From assembly GCA_016188865.1 (NCBI GenBank), contig JACPGX010000001.1:205197-269196 (forward strand): DNA of 64,000 bases, read 5' to 3'. This document shows, one piece after another, positions 26,855-35,740 of the stretch. Below the pieces are notes generated by a model that saw nothing but the letters and a program-made list of their open reading frames with translations, was not told the DNA's origin and did no database searches. The position numbers were made by a program, and so were the translations under genes. How positions within the stretch are numbered: the first letter of the stretch is position 1; each line of letters starts with the position of its first letter. This stretch comes from Candidatus Nealsonbacteria bacterium. Its GTDB lineage: Bacteria; Patescibacteriota; Minisyncoccia; Minisyncoccales; MHMH01.

Positions 26855-28882
26855 ATGCAACTAATTATAGTAGAAAGTCCGACTAAATCTAAGACGCTTC
26901 AAGGTTTTTTGGGGCCTCAATATAGGGTCCTTTCTTCTTATGGACACATCCGTGATTTGCCGAAAAGTGAGCTTGGCGTTGATGTGGAAAAAAACTTCCA
27001 GCCGAAATACGTAATTCCGGCAAAGGCGAAAAAAACTATAAAAACGCTTACTGAAGCGGTTAAAGAAACTGACTCAACCATTTTGGCCACCGATGAGGAC
27101 AGAGAAGGAGAAGCTATTTCCTGGCATCTCATTAAGGCCCTAAAACTGGACGGCGAAAAAGAGCCGTACCAAAGAATCGTTTTCCATGAAATCACAAAAC
27201 AAGCCGTGGAAGAAGCTTTAAAAAATCCCAGAAAAGTTGACATGAATCTGGTGGACGCCCAGCAGGCAAGAAGGATTCTGGACAGAATTGTCGGCTACAA
27301 GCTGTCTCCGTTCTTATGGAAAAAAATCGCCCGAGGACTTTCAGCCGGCAGAGTGCAATCGGTGGCAGTTAGACTTGTTGTGGAACGCGAAAGAGAAATA
27401 GAAAAATTTAAACCAGACGAGTACTGGACGATTGAAGCCCGGCTCCGACGGAATGAAGCCGGGCTTCTCTCGCCAGAATTTACGGCTTCTTTGGCTAAAA
27501 AAGACGAGAAAATTTTAGATAAGCTTTTTATTAAAAATGAAAAAGAAGCTAAAGAAATAGTAAATAATTTGGGAGGAGCTGAATATAGGATTAGTAATAT
27601 CGAGAAAAAAGAAACAACAAAGAATCCTTATCCGCCGTTTACCACTTCAACATTACAGCAGGAGGCCTGGAGACGTTTTAAATTTCCGGCGAAATTTACC
27701 ATGCGCCTGGCGCAGAATCTTTATGAAAAAGGCTTTATTACTTATCACAGAACGGATTCTTTAAACCTTTCTGATTTAGCGTTAGGAATCGCAAAAAAAT
27801 TCATCACGGAAAATTATGGTCAAACTTATTACCAATTCAGAAAATATAAAGCCAAGGGCCGCGCCCAAGAAGCCCACGAAGCAATCAGGCCGGCTTACCC
27901 GGAAAAAATGGAAATTGAAACCGATGAGCCGGGGGCAAAATTATATAACTTGATTTGGAAAAGATTTATTGCCTGCCAAATGTCGCAAGCCGTTTTTGAT
28001 TCAACAGCGGTTGATATTAATGCGAAAAATTATGGTTTTAGGGCCAACGGCCAAATTCTAAAGTTTGACGGATTTTTAAAGGTTTACCCGATAAAATACG
28101 AGGAGTCGGAACTTCCAAATTTGAAAAAAGATGATATTTTAGAATTGCTCAAACTTTCTCCTCTGCAGCATTTTACTCAGCCACCGGCAAGATACAGCGA
28201 AGCCACTCTGATTAAAGCCTTGGAACAGGAGGGAATAGGACGCCCCTCAACCTATGCCCCGGTTATTTCTACTATTCAGGAAAGAAATTACATTGAAAAA
28301 GATGAAAAAAAATTCTTCAAGCCGACAGAAATAGGCATTGTAGTAAATGATGTTTTGGTAAGACATTTTCCTCAAATAGTTGATATTAAATTTACCGCAT
28401 CAATGGAAGAAGACCTGGATAAAATAGCCGAAGGCGAAAAGAAATGGGAAAAAGTCATGGAAGAATTTTATCGCCCCTTTGAAGAAAATCTTAAAAAAAA
28501 ATATAAAGAAGTTTCAAAAAAAGAATTTACCGAGGAGCCGACTAAAAAAAAATGCCCCAAATGCGGCTCGCCTTTGTTGATCAGATTAGGCAGGTACGGC
28601 AAATTCTATGCCTGCTCGACTTTCCCAAAATGCAATTATACCGAATCACTGCCTAAAAATATCTTAGGAATAAAATGCCCGAAGTGTAATGAGGGGCAGC
28701 TTGTGGAAAAAAGAACGGCCAAGAGGAAAATCTTTTACGGCTGCAATAAGTACCCTAATTGCAATTTTGCTTTATGGGATAAGCCTATCGGAGATAAATG
28801 CCCCAAGTGCGATTCCCTATTGGTGAAAACTAAAAGAAAACAAATCAAATGCTCAAATAAGGACTGCGACTACGCAAGGTGA
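26855..28882 (+). CDS. topA: DNA topoisomerase I with C-terminal zinc ribbons
   Basis: TOPRIM domain (IVESPTK, DEDREGE), active-site YHRTDS, and repeated CPKC zinc-ribbon motifs. Confidence 0.96.
   Translation: MQLIIVESPTKSKTLQGFLGPQYRVLSSYGHIRDLPKSELGVDVEKNFQPKYVIPAKAKKTIKTLTEAVKETDSTILATDEDREGEAISWHLIKALKLDGEKEPYQRIVFHEITKQAVEEALKNPRKVDMNLVDAQQARRILDRIVGYKLSPFLWKKIARGLSAGRVQSVAVRLVVEREREIEKFKPDEYWTIEARLRRNEAGLLSPEFTASLAKKDEKILDKLFIKNEKEAKEIVNNLGGAEYRISNIEKKETTKNPYPPFTTSTLQQEAWRRFKFPAKFTMRLAQNLYEKGFITYHRTDSLNLSDLALGIAKKFITENYGQTYYQFRKYKAKGRAQEAHEAIRPAYPEKMEIETDEPGAKLYNLIWKRFIACQMSQAVFDSTAVDINAKNYGFRANGQILKFDGFLKVYPIKYEESELPNLKKDDILELLKLSPLQHFTQPPARYSEATLIKALEQEGIGRPSTYAPVISTIQERNYIEKDEKKFFKPTEIGIVVNDVLVRHFPQIVDIKFTASMEEDLDKIAEGEKKWEKVMEEFYRPFEENLKKKYKEVSKKEFTEEPTKKKCPKCGSPLLIRLGRYGKFYACSTFPKCNYTESLPKNILGIKCPKCNEGQLVEKRTAKRKIFYGCNKYPNCNFALWDKPIGDKCPKCDSLLVKTKRKQIKCSNKDCDYAR
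27434..27467. repeat. GC-rich hairpin in-frame in topA (gaagcccggct-12 nt-agccgggcttc)
   Basis: 11-bp perfect stem translated EARLRRNEAGLL. Sits in a segment that varies between TopA proteins recalled from memory. Confidence 0.75.
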
Positions 28883-28893
28883 CAGACGGACTA

Positions 28894-28923
28894 AAAAAGT
28901 TGGACATTAATGTCCAACTTTTT
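28894..28923. terminator. topA terminator (aaaaagttggacatt/aatgtccaacttttt)
   Basis: 15-bp perfect palindrome with flanking A and T runs. Confidence 0.8.
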
Positions 28924-28973
28924 CGTATTGCCAAATTACTTTCTATGATATATGGTAAAATATAAAAAGGAAT

Positions 28974-30962
28974 ATGTCAATTTTTGATTTAATCCCGAAA
29001 ATTACTAAACAAAACAATGATTCAAGCTTGCCTGAAAGGGCTTTGGAATTTGCAAAAGAGGCCCATTGCGGCCAAAAAAGAGCTTCCGGCGAAGATTATA
29101 TTCAGCATCCTATCAGAGTGGCCCAAATTCTAACGGAAATGCATCTTGACCCAAAAGCCATAGCAGCCGGCTTTCTGCACGACGTTCCCGACGACACGCC
29201 AAAAACGATCAAAGATATTGAAAAAGAATTCGGCAAAGAAGTCGCTTTCCTGGTGGAGGGGGTAAGCAAACTGGGAAAGTTAAGGTATCCTAAAACTGGC
29301 TGGGAAATAAAAACCGCAAAAGACAGGCTCCGTGAGCCAATCGACCTTAGGGCAGAAAACTTAAGGAAAATGTTTTTTGCCATGGCTCAAGACTTAAGAG
29401 TTGTTTTGATAAAATTGGCCGATAGACTTCATAATATGGAAACATTGGGGTCTCTGCCTCCTGAAAAACAAAAGAGGATTGCTCTGGAAACAATGGAAAT
29501 ATTTGCTCCCATAGCTAACAGATTGGGCATGGGAGACATAAAGGGTAAATTAGAGGATTTGGCCTTTCCCCATCTTTACCCTAAGGAATTTGAATGGTTA
29601 ATGCGCAATGTAAAAGAAAAATATGAAGAACAAGAAAAATATATCAGGAAGATTAGACCAACTTTTAAAAAAATTCTGGGCAAGGAAGCTATTTCTGTTA
29701 TAGATATTCACTCTAGGGCCAAACATTACTGGTCTCTCTATCAAAAACTTCAAAGATACGATATGAACTTCGATAAAATATATGATTTGGTTGCTTTAAG
29801 GGCGATTGTTGATGATGTTAAAACCTGCTACAAAATTTTAGGAATTATCCACAAACTATGGAGGCCGCTGCCCGGACTGATTAAAGATTATATCGCCTTC
29901 CCTAAGCCTAATAATTACAGGGCCATTCATACTACTTGTTTTTGCCTTGATGGAAAAATTACCGAATTCCAGGTCAAAACCAGAGAAATGCATCAAGAAG
30001 ATGAATACGGCATTGCCTCCCACTGGGCTTATAAAGAAGGCATTGATTTAAAAACTCAAAGAAGAAAATTCGCCTGGGTTCAGCAGTTAAGAGACTGGCA
30101 AAAAGAAGTTTCAAAATCAGGAGAATTTATAGAAAGTCTTAAAATTGACTTCTTTAAAAATAGAATCTTTGTTTTTACTCCCAAGGGCGACGTCATTGAC
30201 TTGCCGGAAGGCGCCACTCCCGTTGATTTTGCTTACAGCGTGCACACCGAAATAGGCCAACATTGCTCTGGGGCTAAAATTAATGGCAAAATAGATAATC
30301 TTTCTCGAATGCTGCAAAACGGTGATGTAGTTGAAATTTTAATTGATAAAAAGAAAGGGCCCTCAAGAGATTGGCTGGAGTTTGTCAAAACTGCCATAGC
30401 CCGTTCTAAAATAAGAGAATACTTGAAAGAAAAGGCGCCGGAAAAAACCTTGCCAAGGGCAGTTTTCCCGCCTTTATTAAGGCCGGAGTTTGCCGAAATT
30501 CCATTAAAAACAAGGGGAAATTCTCCAACGATTTTCTTAGCCGGGCAAACTGGCATGCAAATGTATTTAGCTAAGTGCTGCCGACCTGAAATAGGCCAGG
30601 AAATCAAAGCCTATTTAACAAAATCGCAGGGAGCGGCTGTCCACAGAGCCGACTGCCGTAATTTTATAAAATCTCAAAAAAAATGGCCTCAAAAAATCGT
30701 GGAGGCATCATGGTCAAATAAGAGGTGGGGTACCACTTCTTTAGAAATACAAGCTCAAGATCGCGTAGGATTGTTAAGCGATGTTTCTCTGGCCATCAGC
30801 AGGTTGGGAATAAATATTATAAATTGCGAAACTAAAACTAAGCCCGGAGAAAAATCAGCTACAATTTCGGCTGAAGTAGAAATTCCCAAATGGAATGACC
30901 TAGATCGTCTTTTCCGCCGCCTCCATCAAATCAAAGGCGTAAAGGATATTAAAAAAGCTTAA
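28974..30962 (+). CDS. rel: Bifunctional (p)ppGpp synthetase/hydrolase (RelA/SpoT homolog)
   Basis: HD domain (HPIRVA..HD), synthetase domain, TGS domain and C-terminal ACT domain. Confidence 0.94.
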   Translation: MSIFDLIPKITKQNNDSSLPERALEFAKEAHCGQKRASGEDYIQHPIRVAQILTEMHLDPKAIAAGFLHDVPDDTPKTIKDIEKEFGKEVAFLVEGVSKLGKLRYPKTGWEIKTAKDRLREPIDLRAENLRKMFFAMAQDLRVVLIKLADRLHNMETLGSLPPEKQKRIALETMEIFAPIANRLGMGDIKGKLEDLAFPHLYPKEFEWLMRNVKEKYEEQEKYIRKIRPTFKKILGKEAISVIDIHSRAKHYWSLYQKLQRYDMNFDKIYDLVALRAIVDDVKTCYKILGIIHKLWRPLPGLIKDYIAFPKPNNYRAIHTTCFCLDGKITEFQVKTREMHQEDEYGIASHWAYKEGIDLKTQRRKFAWVQQLRDWQKEVSKSGEFIESLKIDFFKNRIFVFTPKGDVIDLPEGATPVDFAYSVHTEIGQHCSGAKINGKIDNLSRMLQNGDVVEILIDKKKGPSRDWLEFVKTAIARSKIREYLKEKAPEKTLPRAVFPPLLRPEFAEIPLKTRGNSPTIFLAGQTGMQMYLAKCCRPEIGQEIKAYLTKSQGAAVHRADCRNFIKSQKKWPQKIVEASWSNKRWGTTSLEIQAQDRVGLLSDVSLAISRLGINIINCETKTKPGEKSATISAEVEIPKWNDLDRLFRRLHQIKGVKDIKKA

Positions 30963-30964
30963 CG

Positions 30965-31840
30965 CTATTTTATCTTCTTGAGCAGATTTTCCAGTTCTTT
31001 TTTGGAATTAAAGAAAACGATCAGTTTAGGCAAGCCGGATTCGATTCTTAATTTAATATTTTTGATTCCGAAGATATTTCTTATTTCCTCTTCTAGGTTT
31101 TTCATTTCTTTTGAGGCGGCAGTTATTTGCTTTTTAATCGGCTGCCAGATATTTAATTTTTGGACTAAACTTTCAGCATCCCTAACGCTTAAACCATTCC
31201 TAACAACTTGGGCAAAAACGTCTTTTTGTTTTTGAATATCCTGAAGAGCTAAAATGGCTCTGGCATGCCCTTCAGAAATTTTATTTTCTTTTATTCCCTC
31301 CTTTATTTCCAATGGCAAGTCCACTAATCGCATGGTATTGGCTACCGCTTCCCGGCTTTTGCCCACCATCTGGGCAATATCTTTTTGCAGCAGCTTAAAT
31401 TCACTCTGCAAACGCTTATACGCTTCGGCTTTTTCCATGGGATTTAAGTCTTCTCTTTGAATGTTTTCAATTAAAGCTATTTCTAATTTTTCCTGCTCAG
31501 TCGGATCTCTGACAATAACCGGCACCTGGGATAATCCCGCCATCTTTGAAGCCAAAAGACGCCTTTCACCGGCCACCAGCTGATATTCTGTAACGCCGTC
31601 AGACTCTTTTTGTATGCGGCTAACGAGCAACGGCTGCAAAATGCCGTGCTCTTTTATTGATTCTGCCAAAGATTTTAAGCCATCCTGATCAAAAATTCTT
31701 CTGGGCTGATAAGGATTAGATTTTATTTTTGCTATATCAATATAAAAAATCGGCTCTTGTTTTATTTCCCCCGTCCCTTGATCGCCGTTGTCTTTCTTGG
31801 GGATTAATGATTCCAACCCCTTGCCAAATGTTTGTTTCAT
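30965..31840 (-). CDS. parB: Chromosome partitioning protein ParB
   Basis: ParB box GILQPLLV and an HTH segment. Overlaps the parA stop. Confidence 0.93.
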   Translation of the reverse strand: MKQTFGKGLESLIPKKDNGDQGTGEIKQEPIFYIDIAKIKSNPYQPRRIFDQDGLKSLAESIKEHGILQPLLVSRIQKESDGVTEYQLVAGERRLLASKMAGLSQVPVIVRDPTEQEKLEIALIENIQREDLNPMEKAEAYKRLQSEFKLLQKDIAQMVGKSREAVANTMRLVDLPLEIKEGIKENKISEGHARAILALQDIQKQKDVFAQVVRNGLSVRDAESLVQKLNIWQPIKKQITAASKEMKNLEEEIRNIFGIKNIKLRIESGLPKLIVFFNSKKELENLLKKIK

Positions 31841-32610
31841 AGATGTTGATTCGTTGAATTGATTATTTCCTCTGCCAAATCCCTATAGGACTGGGCGGCT
31901 TGAGATCCGGGGGCATACTGCAAAATTGTCTTGCCAAACCTCGGGGCTTCAGCTAAAACTACGGCTCTGGGAATTACAGCATTAAAAACTCGTCCGGGAA
32001 ATTTTTCTCTGACTTCTCTGGCCACCTCTTTCGATATTTTATTACTTTTATTATACATAGTCAAAAGTGCGCCGGCAATTTTTAAATCGTGACCTAAATT
32101 ATTTTTTACTAAATTAATGGTATCCAATAATTGCCCCAATCCCTCCAAGGCCAAATATTCGCATTGCACGGGAATCAAAACTTCATCAGCCGCGCAAAAA
32201 GCATTAAGAGTAAGCAGGCCTAAGCTTGGCGGAGAATCAATAATAATAAAGTCATAGGAATCTTTAACCTTATCTAAAATCTGTCTTAATTTGGATTCTC
32301 TGTTATCGGCTGAAACAAGTTCTACCGCGGCTCCGGCCAAGTCTGGAGAAGCTGGCATAATCTCATAGTTAAAAAACGGGCTTTTCCTGATAATAGCTGA
32401 TGGGCTGACTTGGCCAGCCATGGCGTGATAAATGGATAAAGGCAAATTTTTAGGAGCTATTCCCAAAGAAAAAGTGGCATTAGCCTGATTATCAAGGTCC
32501 ACCAGCAAAACTTTCTTCCCCATAGCTGCCAAAAAAACAGGCAAATTTACAGCTGTCGTTGTTTTCCCGGTTCCTCCCTTGTTATTAGCTATAACAATAA
32601 CCCTCGTCAT
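31837..32610 (-). CDS. parA: Chromosome partitioning ATPase ParA/Soj
   Basis: Deviant Walker A NNKGGTGKTT. Confidence 0.95.
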   Translation of the reverse strand: MTRVIVIANNKGGTGKTTTAVNLPVFLAAMGKKVLLVDLDNQANATFSLGIAPKNLPLSIYHAMAGQVSPSAIIRKSPFFNYEIMPASPDLAGAAVELVSADNRESKLRQILDKVKDSYDFIIIDSPPSLGLLTLNAFCAADEVLIPVQCEYLALEGLGQLLDTINLVKNNLGHDLKIAGALLTMYNKSNKISKEVAREVREKFPGRVFNAVIPRAVVLAEAPRFGKTILQYAPGSQAAQSYRDLAEEIINSTNQHL

Positions 32611-32637
32611 TAAATCAAATTATCACAAAACTTCATC

Positions 32638-32666
32638 TTTGACAAATAAGAAAATTTTTGGTAAAT
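32638..32666 (+). promoter_or_regulatory. Promoter TTGACA-17-TAAATT for tRNA-Leu
   Basis: Lies ~35 nt upstream of the mature tRNA 5' end. Confidence 0.55.
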
Positions 32667-32701
32667 TTAAATAGTTTAGGGCTTGCCCCGAGCTTGCCGA
32701 G

Positions 32702-32784
32702 GGGCGAGTGGTGGAATGGCAGACACGATGGATTCAAAATCCATTGAGCGCAAGCTCATGAGAGTTCGACTCTCTCCTCGCCCA
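32702..32784 (+). tRNA. tRNA-Leu (anticodon CAA), class II, no encoded CCA
   Basis: Acceptor GGGCGAG/CUCGCCC plus discriminator A. Anticodon arm AUGGA-UUCAAAA-UCCAU. Long variable arm GAGC-GCAA-GCUC. T arm GAGAG-UUCGACU-CUCUC. Confidence 0.92.
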
Positions 32785-32815
32785 TATGGCACATTAAAAA
32801 TTATTGGAGGTGTGA

Positions 32816-33094
32816 ATGGCTGAAAATCCAAACCAAGAGAAAAAAACAGATCCTCTAATGCAGGAATTTCACGAAACAAAAAATGCCATTAAGGAAAATC
32901 TTTTGACATTGGTTGTAGCAGCGTTTACTTTAGTAGCTGCTTTGGCATGGAATGATGCTGTTCAAAGCTTAGTCAAGACTATTTTTCCCCAAGGCAATGG
33001 AGGAATTATTAGTAAATTCGTTTATGCCATTATTGCCACTATTATAGTGGCTGTGATTTCTTTGCGATTGAGAAAAATCGCTGCAAAAAAATAA
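32816..33094 (+). CDS. Small 2-TM membrane protein
   Basis: GGAGGTG RBS. 92 aa. The 3' end overlaps the convergent PAP2 gene by 53 nt. Confidence 0.6.
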   Translation: MAENPNQEKKTDPLMQEFHETKNAIKENLLTLVVAAFTLVAALAWNDAVQSLVKTIFPQGNGGIISKFVYAIIATIIVAVISLRLRKIAAKK

Positions 33095-33584
33095 TAGTTA
33101 ACCAGCCAGAAATAACGCCGACTATCGCTCCGGCTAAAATATCTGAAGGCCAATGAACTCCCGCAAAAACGCGCGCAATTGAAATTAAGAAGCTGGCAAT
33201 AAAAACCCATATGCCGGCTTTTTTGTTATATTTATAAACAACAAAAGACAGGGCAAAGAAAAAAGCAGCATGACCCGAAGGAAAAGACGCTTGATTGACT
33301 TTATCAATAAGCAAATTGATATGGTTTTCAATGAAAGGTCGCGGCCTTGGCCACAGCCAGCGAATCAATTCCACAACAGCAAAACGAGCAATAAATGACG
33401 CTAAAAATGCCTGAAAAATTATTTTCCATTTATTTACCTGCCTGCCGGCAGGCAGGTAGAATAATAAAATAATTAAAGCAACTAAAATATAGCCAAGATA
33501 TTTGGCGGAAAAAACAGCTAAATTATCCAGCCAAGCATATTGGCCTGCTAAATTATTTATTTTTTGGAATAAAAAATAGTCCAT
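33042..33584 (-). CDS. PAP2-family phosphatase (undecaprenyl-diphosphatase-like)
   Basis: PSGHAA and SRVFAGVHWPSD motifs, with several TM segments. Confidence 0.85.
   Translation of the reverse strand: MDYFLFQKINNLAGQYAWLDNLAVFSAKYLGYILVALIILLFYLPAGRQVNKWKIIFQAFLASFIARFAVVELIRWLWPRPRPFIENHINLLIDKVNQASFPSGHAAFFFALSFVVYKYNKKAGIWVFIASFLISIARVFAGVHWPSDILAGAIVGVISGWLTIIFLQRFFSIAKKSQPL
33435..33458. repeat. 24-nt loop-less perfect palindrome tacctgcctgcc|ggcaggcaggta in-frame in the PAP2 gene
   Basis: Translated YLPAGRQV. A GC-rich island within an AT-rich gene. Confidence 0.8.
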
Positions 33585-33586
33585 AT

Positions 33587-34648
33587 TTAGGAGATCCGTA
33601 AATTAGCTTCGGCTTTAATATTTTTTCTGACGTCTTTTCTGTGGAAATAAGCAGTTGCGGCCACCATTGCGGCATTGTCGGTGCACAAATTTTTTGGCGG
33701 AACCAAAAAATTTAGTTTATAGTTTAGAGTTTTTAGTTTATAGTCGAATTGTTTTCTTAACTCTTCATTCGCTGCTACGCCGCCTCCAAGAATGATTGAT
33801 TTTACTCCAAAATCCCTTGCTGCCTTTATGGTCTTATGCATCAAAACATCAATTATCGCCTGCTGAACTTCGTAACACATCTCTATTTTATCATAATTAC
33901 CCTTTTTTACTTTATATAATACGGCTGTTTTAAGACCGGAAAAACTAAAATCATAATTTTTTTGCCTAATCATCGGCCTCGGCAGTTGGTCGGAAACCCG
34001 ACGTCCGACCATTTTTGCGGCTGTGGCTGCAATAGCTGGGCCACCGGGATAGCCGAGGCCTAAAATCCTGGCAACCTTATCAAGGCATTCGCCAGCTGCG
34101 TCATCACGAGTTTCGCCTATTAATTTATATTTTCCGATAGCTTTCATCAAAACTAACTGCGTATGCCCACCCGACACCACCAAAGCCACCGCCGGAAAAA
34201 CTATTGAGGCCGGGCCTCCATAGTGTTCGCTAATGAAATTGGCGAGAATGTGCGCTTCGATGTGGTTGACTGAAATTAATGATTTTTTATATTTTTTTGC
34301 AATTTCTTTGGCAAAGTTGATCCCCTGCCATAAACAGGGTTCTAATCCTGGGCCGACGGTCACGGTGACGAAATCAATTTTTAGAGGTCCGACCTCCCGT
34401 AATATTTTTCGGGAGGTCGGACCTCCTAATATTCTCAAAACTTTTTCAAAGACAACCGGTAAATTCTTTTGATGCTCGCGTTTCGCTAAGAAGGGATAAA
34501 CCCCTCCATATTTTGCGTGGATTTTCACTTGCGAAGAGACTGTATTTGATATAATTTTGAAATTAGAATTTTTTACTTCCAGTAAAGCAATGGCTGTATC
34601 ATCGCAGGAAGTGTCAATTCCTAATATCTTAATATTTTGGGAGGCCAT
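33587..34648 (-). CDS. tsaD: tRNA N6-adenosine threonylcarbamoyltransferase TsaD
   Basis: GIDTSCDDT, VNHIEAH, CTDNAAM. Confidence 0.95.
   Translation of the reverse strand: MASQNIKILGIDTSCDDTAIALLEVKNSNFKIISNTVSSQVKIHAKYGGVYPFLAKREHQKNLPVVFEKVLRILGGPTSRKILREVGPLKIDFVTVTVGPGLEPCLWQGINFAKEIAKKYKKSLISVNHIEAHILANFISEHYGGPASIVFPAVALVVSGGHTQLVLMKAIGKYKLIGETRDDAAGECLDKVARILGLGYPGGPAIAATAAKMVGRRVSDQLPRPMIRQKNYDFSFSGLKTAVLYKVKKGNYDKIEMCYEVQQAIIDVLMHKTIKAARDFGVKSIILGGGVAANEELRKQFDYKLKTLNYKLNFLVPPKNLCTDNAAMVAATAYFHRKDVRKNIKAEANLRIS
34384..34425. repeat. PE hairpin element, in-frame copy inside tsaD
   Basis: gaggtccgacctcccg-10 nt-cgggaggtcggacctc, translated GGPTSRKILREVGP. This gives about 11 extra residues relative to E. 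coli TsaD as recalled. Confidence 0.9.
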
Positions 34649-35154
34649 ATGGTTAAATCAATAACTTTTGATGGTTTGGCTTTTTTAAGATTGCCAGCAT
34701 CAACCGCCAAGTCGGGCTGATGCCTTTTGCCTTCAAATTGTTTTATCACTTCTTTAATTTTCGTTGAAGCCGGCTGGCCTGATATATTCGCCGAAGTTTC
34801 CGCCAAAGGGCCCGTGTGCTTGACTAAGTCAAGCACAAATTTATAGTTAGGAATGCGAATACCGGGCTTTTTATAATGAAAAACCGCTGTCACCGGCCCC
34901 GGCCAAACTCGTTTAAGAAATTTTTCCTGTCTGGGATTGATCTCGGCTAATTTTTTAGCCATTTTGATATCGCTGACAAAAATAGGTATCAATTTATTTT
35001 TGGGCCTCTTTTTTATTTTATATAATCTTGCAACCGCTTCTTTATTCCCGGCATCGCAAATCAACCCGTAAACTGTATCGGTGGGACAAATAATCACTTT
35101 GCCCTCCTTTATGGCCTTAATTACTTTTTTAAGATTTGGCTTGGTAATCTCCAT
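34621..35154 (-). CDS. tsaC: L-threonylcarbamoyladenylate synthase (TsaC/YrdC/Sua5 family)
   Basis: PTDTVYGL and SANISG. Confidence 0.9.
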   Translation of the reverse strand: MEITKPNLKKVIKAIKEGKVIICPTDTVYGLICDAGNKEAVARLYKIKKRPKNKLIPIFVSDIKMAKKLAEINPRQEKFLKRVWPGPVTAVFHYKKPGIRIPNYKFVLDLVKHTGPLAETSANISGQPASTKIKEVIKQFEGKRHQPDLAVDAGNLKKAKPSKVIDLTIWPPKILRY

Positions 35155-35184
35155 ATTATTAAATTTAACCTATTTTCTTGAAAC

Positions 35185-35207
35185 AAAAAAGAGGAGCTAT
35201 GCTCCCC
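35185..35207 (-). terminator. Terminator of the small-ORF pair
   Basis: GGGGAGC-AUA-GCUCCUC followed by U6. The stop codon lies in the loop. Confidence 0.6.
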
Positions 35208-35418
35208 TTCTGATTGCTCTATACTCTCTATACTGCTCAAGCTTGCCTATAAGCTCTTTTAACTGCGAATGACTAATCACCCCATATTGATTGCCGCCAC
35301 CCCTGATTACGCGACTACTCTCTTCTATGAGAGCGTGAATTATTGCCTCAAGTTCTTCTTCTGTCGGGACAACAGCTCCATCCTTTAGCCAACTGCCAAC
35401 ACTAGGAATTATCAACAT
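35197..35418 (-). CDS. Hypothetical 73-aa protein
   Basis: AAGGAGG RBS. No family recognised. Confidence 0.55.
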   Translation of the reverse strand: MLIIPSVGSWLKDGAVVPTEEELEAIIHALIEESSRVIRGGGNQYGVISHSQLKELIGKLEQYREYRAIRRGA

Positions 35419-35435
35419 TTTCCACCTCCTTCTTT

Positions 35436-35708
35436 TTAATAATTTCCGAAAAGAGTATCTTCGTCAAGACCTCTTTTTTTTATTTCATCTCGAACCGCAA
35501 AAACATCGCATTCATGACAATACCCCGGCGTACGAATGCCGCAATAAACTTCCAAACAACCATCAAGCCAGCAGGGCGCCTCTCTATGGCTTACTGCATT
35601 AACCCATATCCACCAACAAGCTTTAGAGCAAGTTGGATGGTAATCTCGGTTGATAAATTCGCTCTTGCAAATAGGGCATCTATCTATCTGGCCAATAGCG
35701 CTCCTCAT
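35436..35708 (-). CDS. Hypothetical Cys-rich 90-aa protein (12 Cys)
   Basis: CPIC..C..C..C patterns. More GC-rich than the neighbouring genes. Confidence 0.55.
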   Translation of the reverse strand: MRSAIGQIDRCPICKSEFINRDYHPTCSKACWWIWVNAVSHREAPCWLDGCLEVYCGIRTPGYCHECDVFAVRDEIKKRGLDEDTLFGNY

Positions 35709-35740
35709 TATGCCGCCTTCATTTTCAAAATACCAAAGTG

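Noticed and set aside
30960-32700. A replication origin near parAB.
   Set aside because: No dnaA or dnaN genes and no visible cluster of DnaA-box-like 9-mers in the adjacent spacers. The strand switches at ~22.5 kb and ~31 kb are not sufficient evidence alone.
32676-32879. Minus-strand 67-aa ORF.
   Set aside because: It runs straight through the well-formed tRNA-Leu(CAA) gene (32702-32784) and its promoter region.
33700-33750. Direct 13-nt duplication tttagtttatagt in the 3' part of tsaD (peptide YKLKTLNYKLN).
   Set aside because: It is short and AT-rich, and the region has the same length as in other TsaD proteins. It is likely chance or low complexity.
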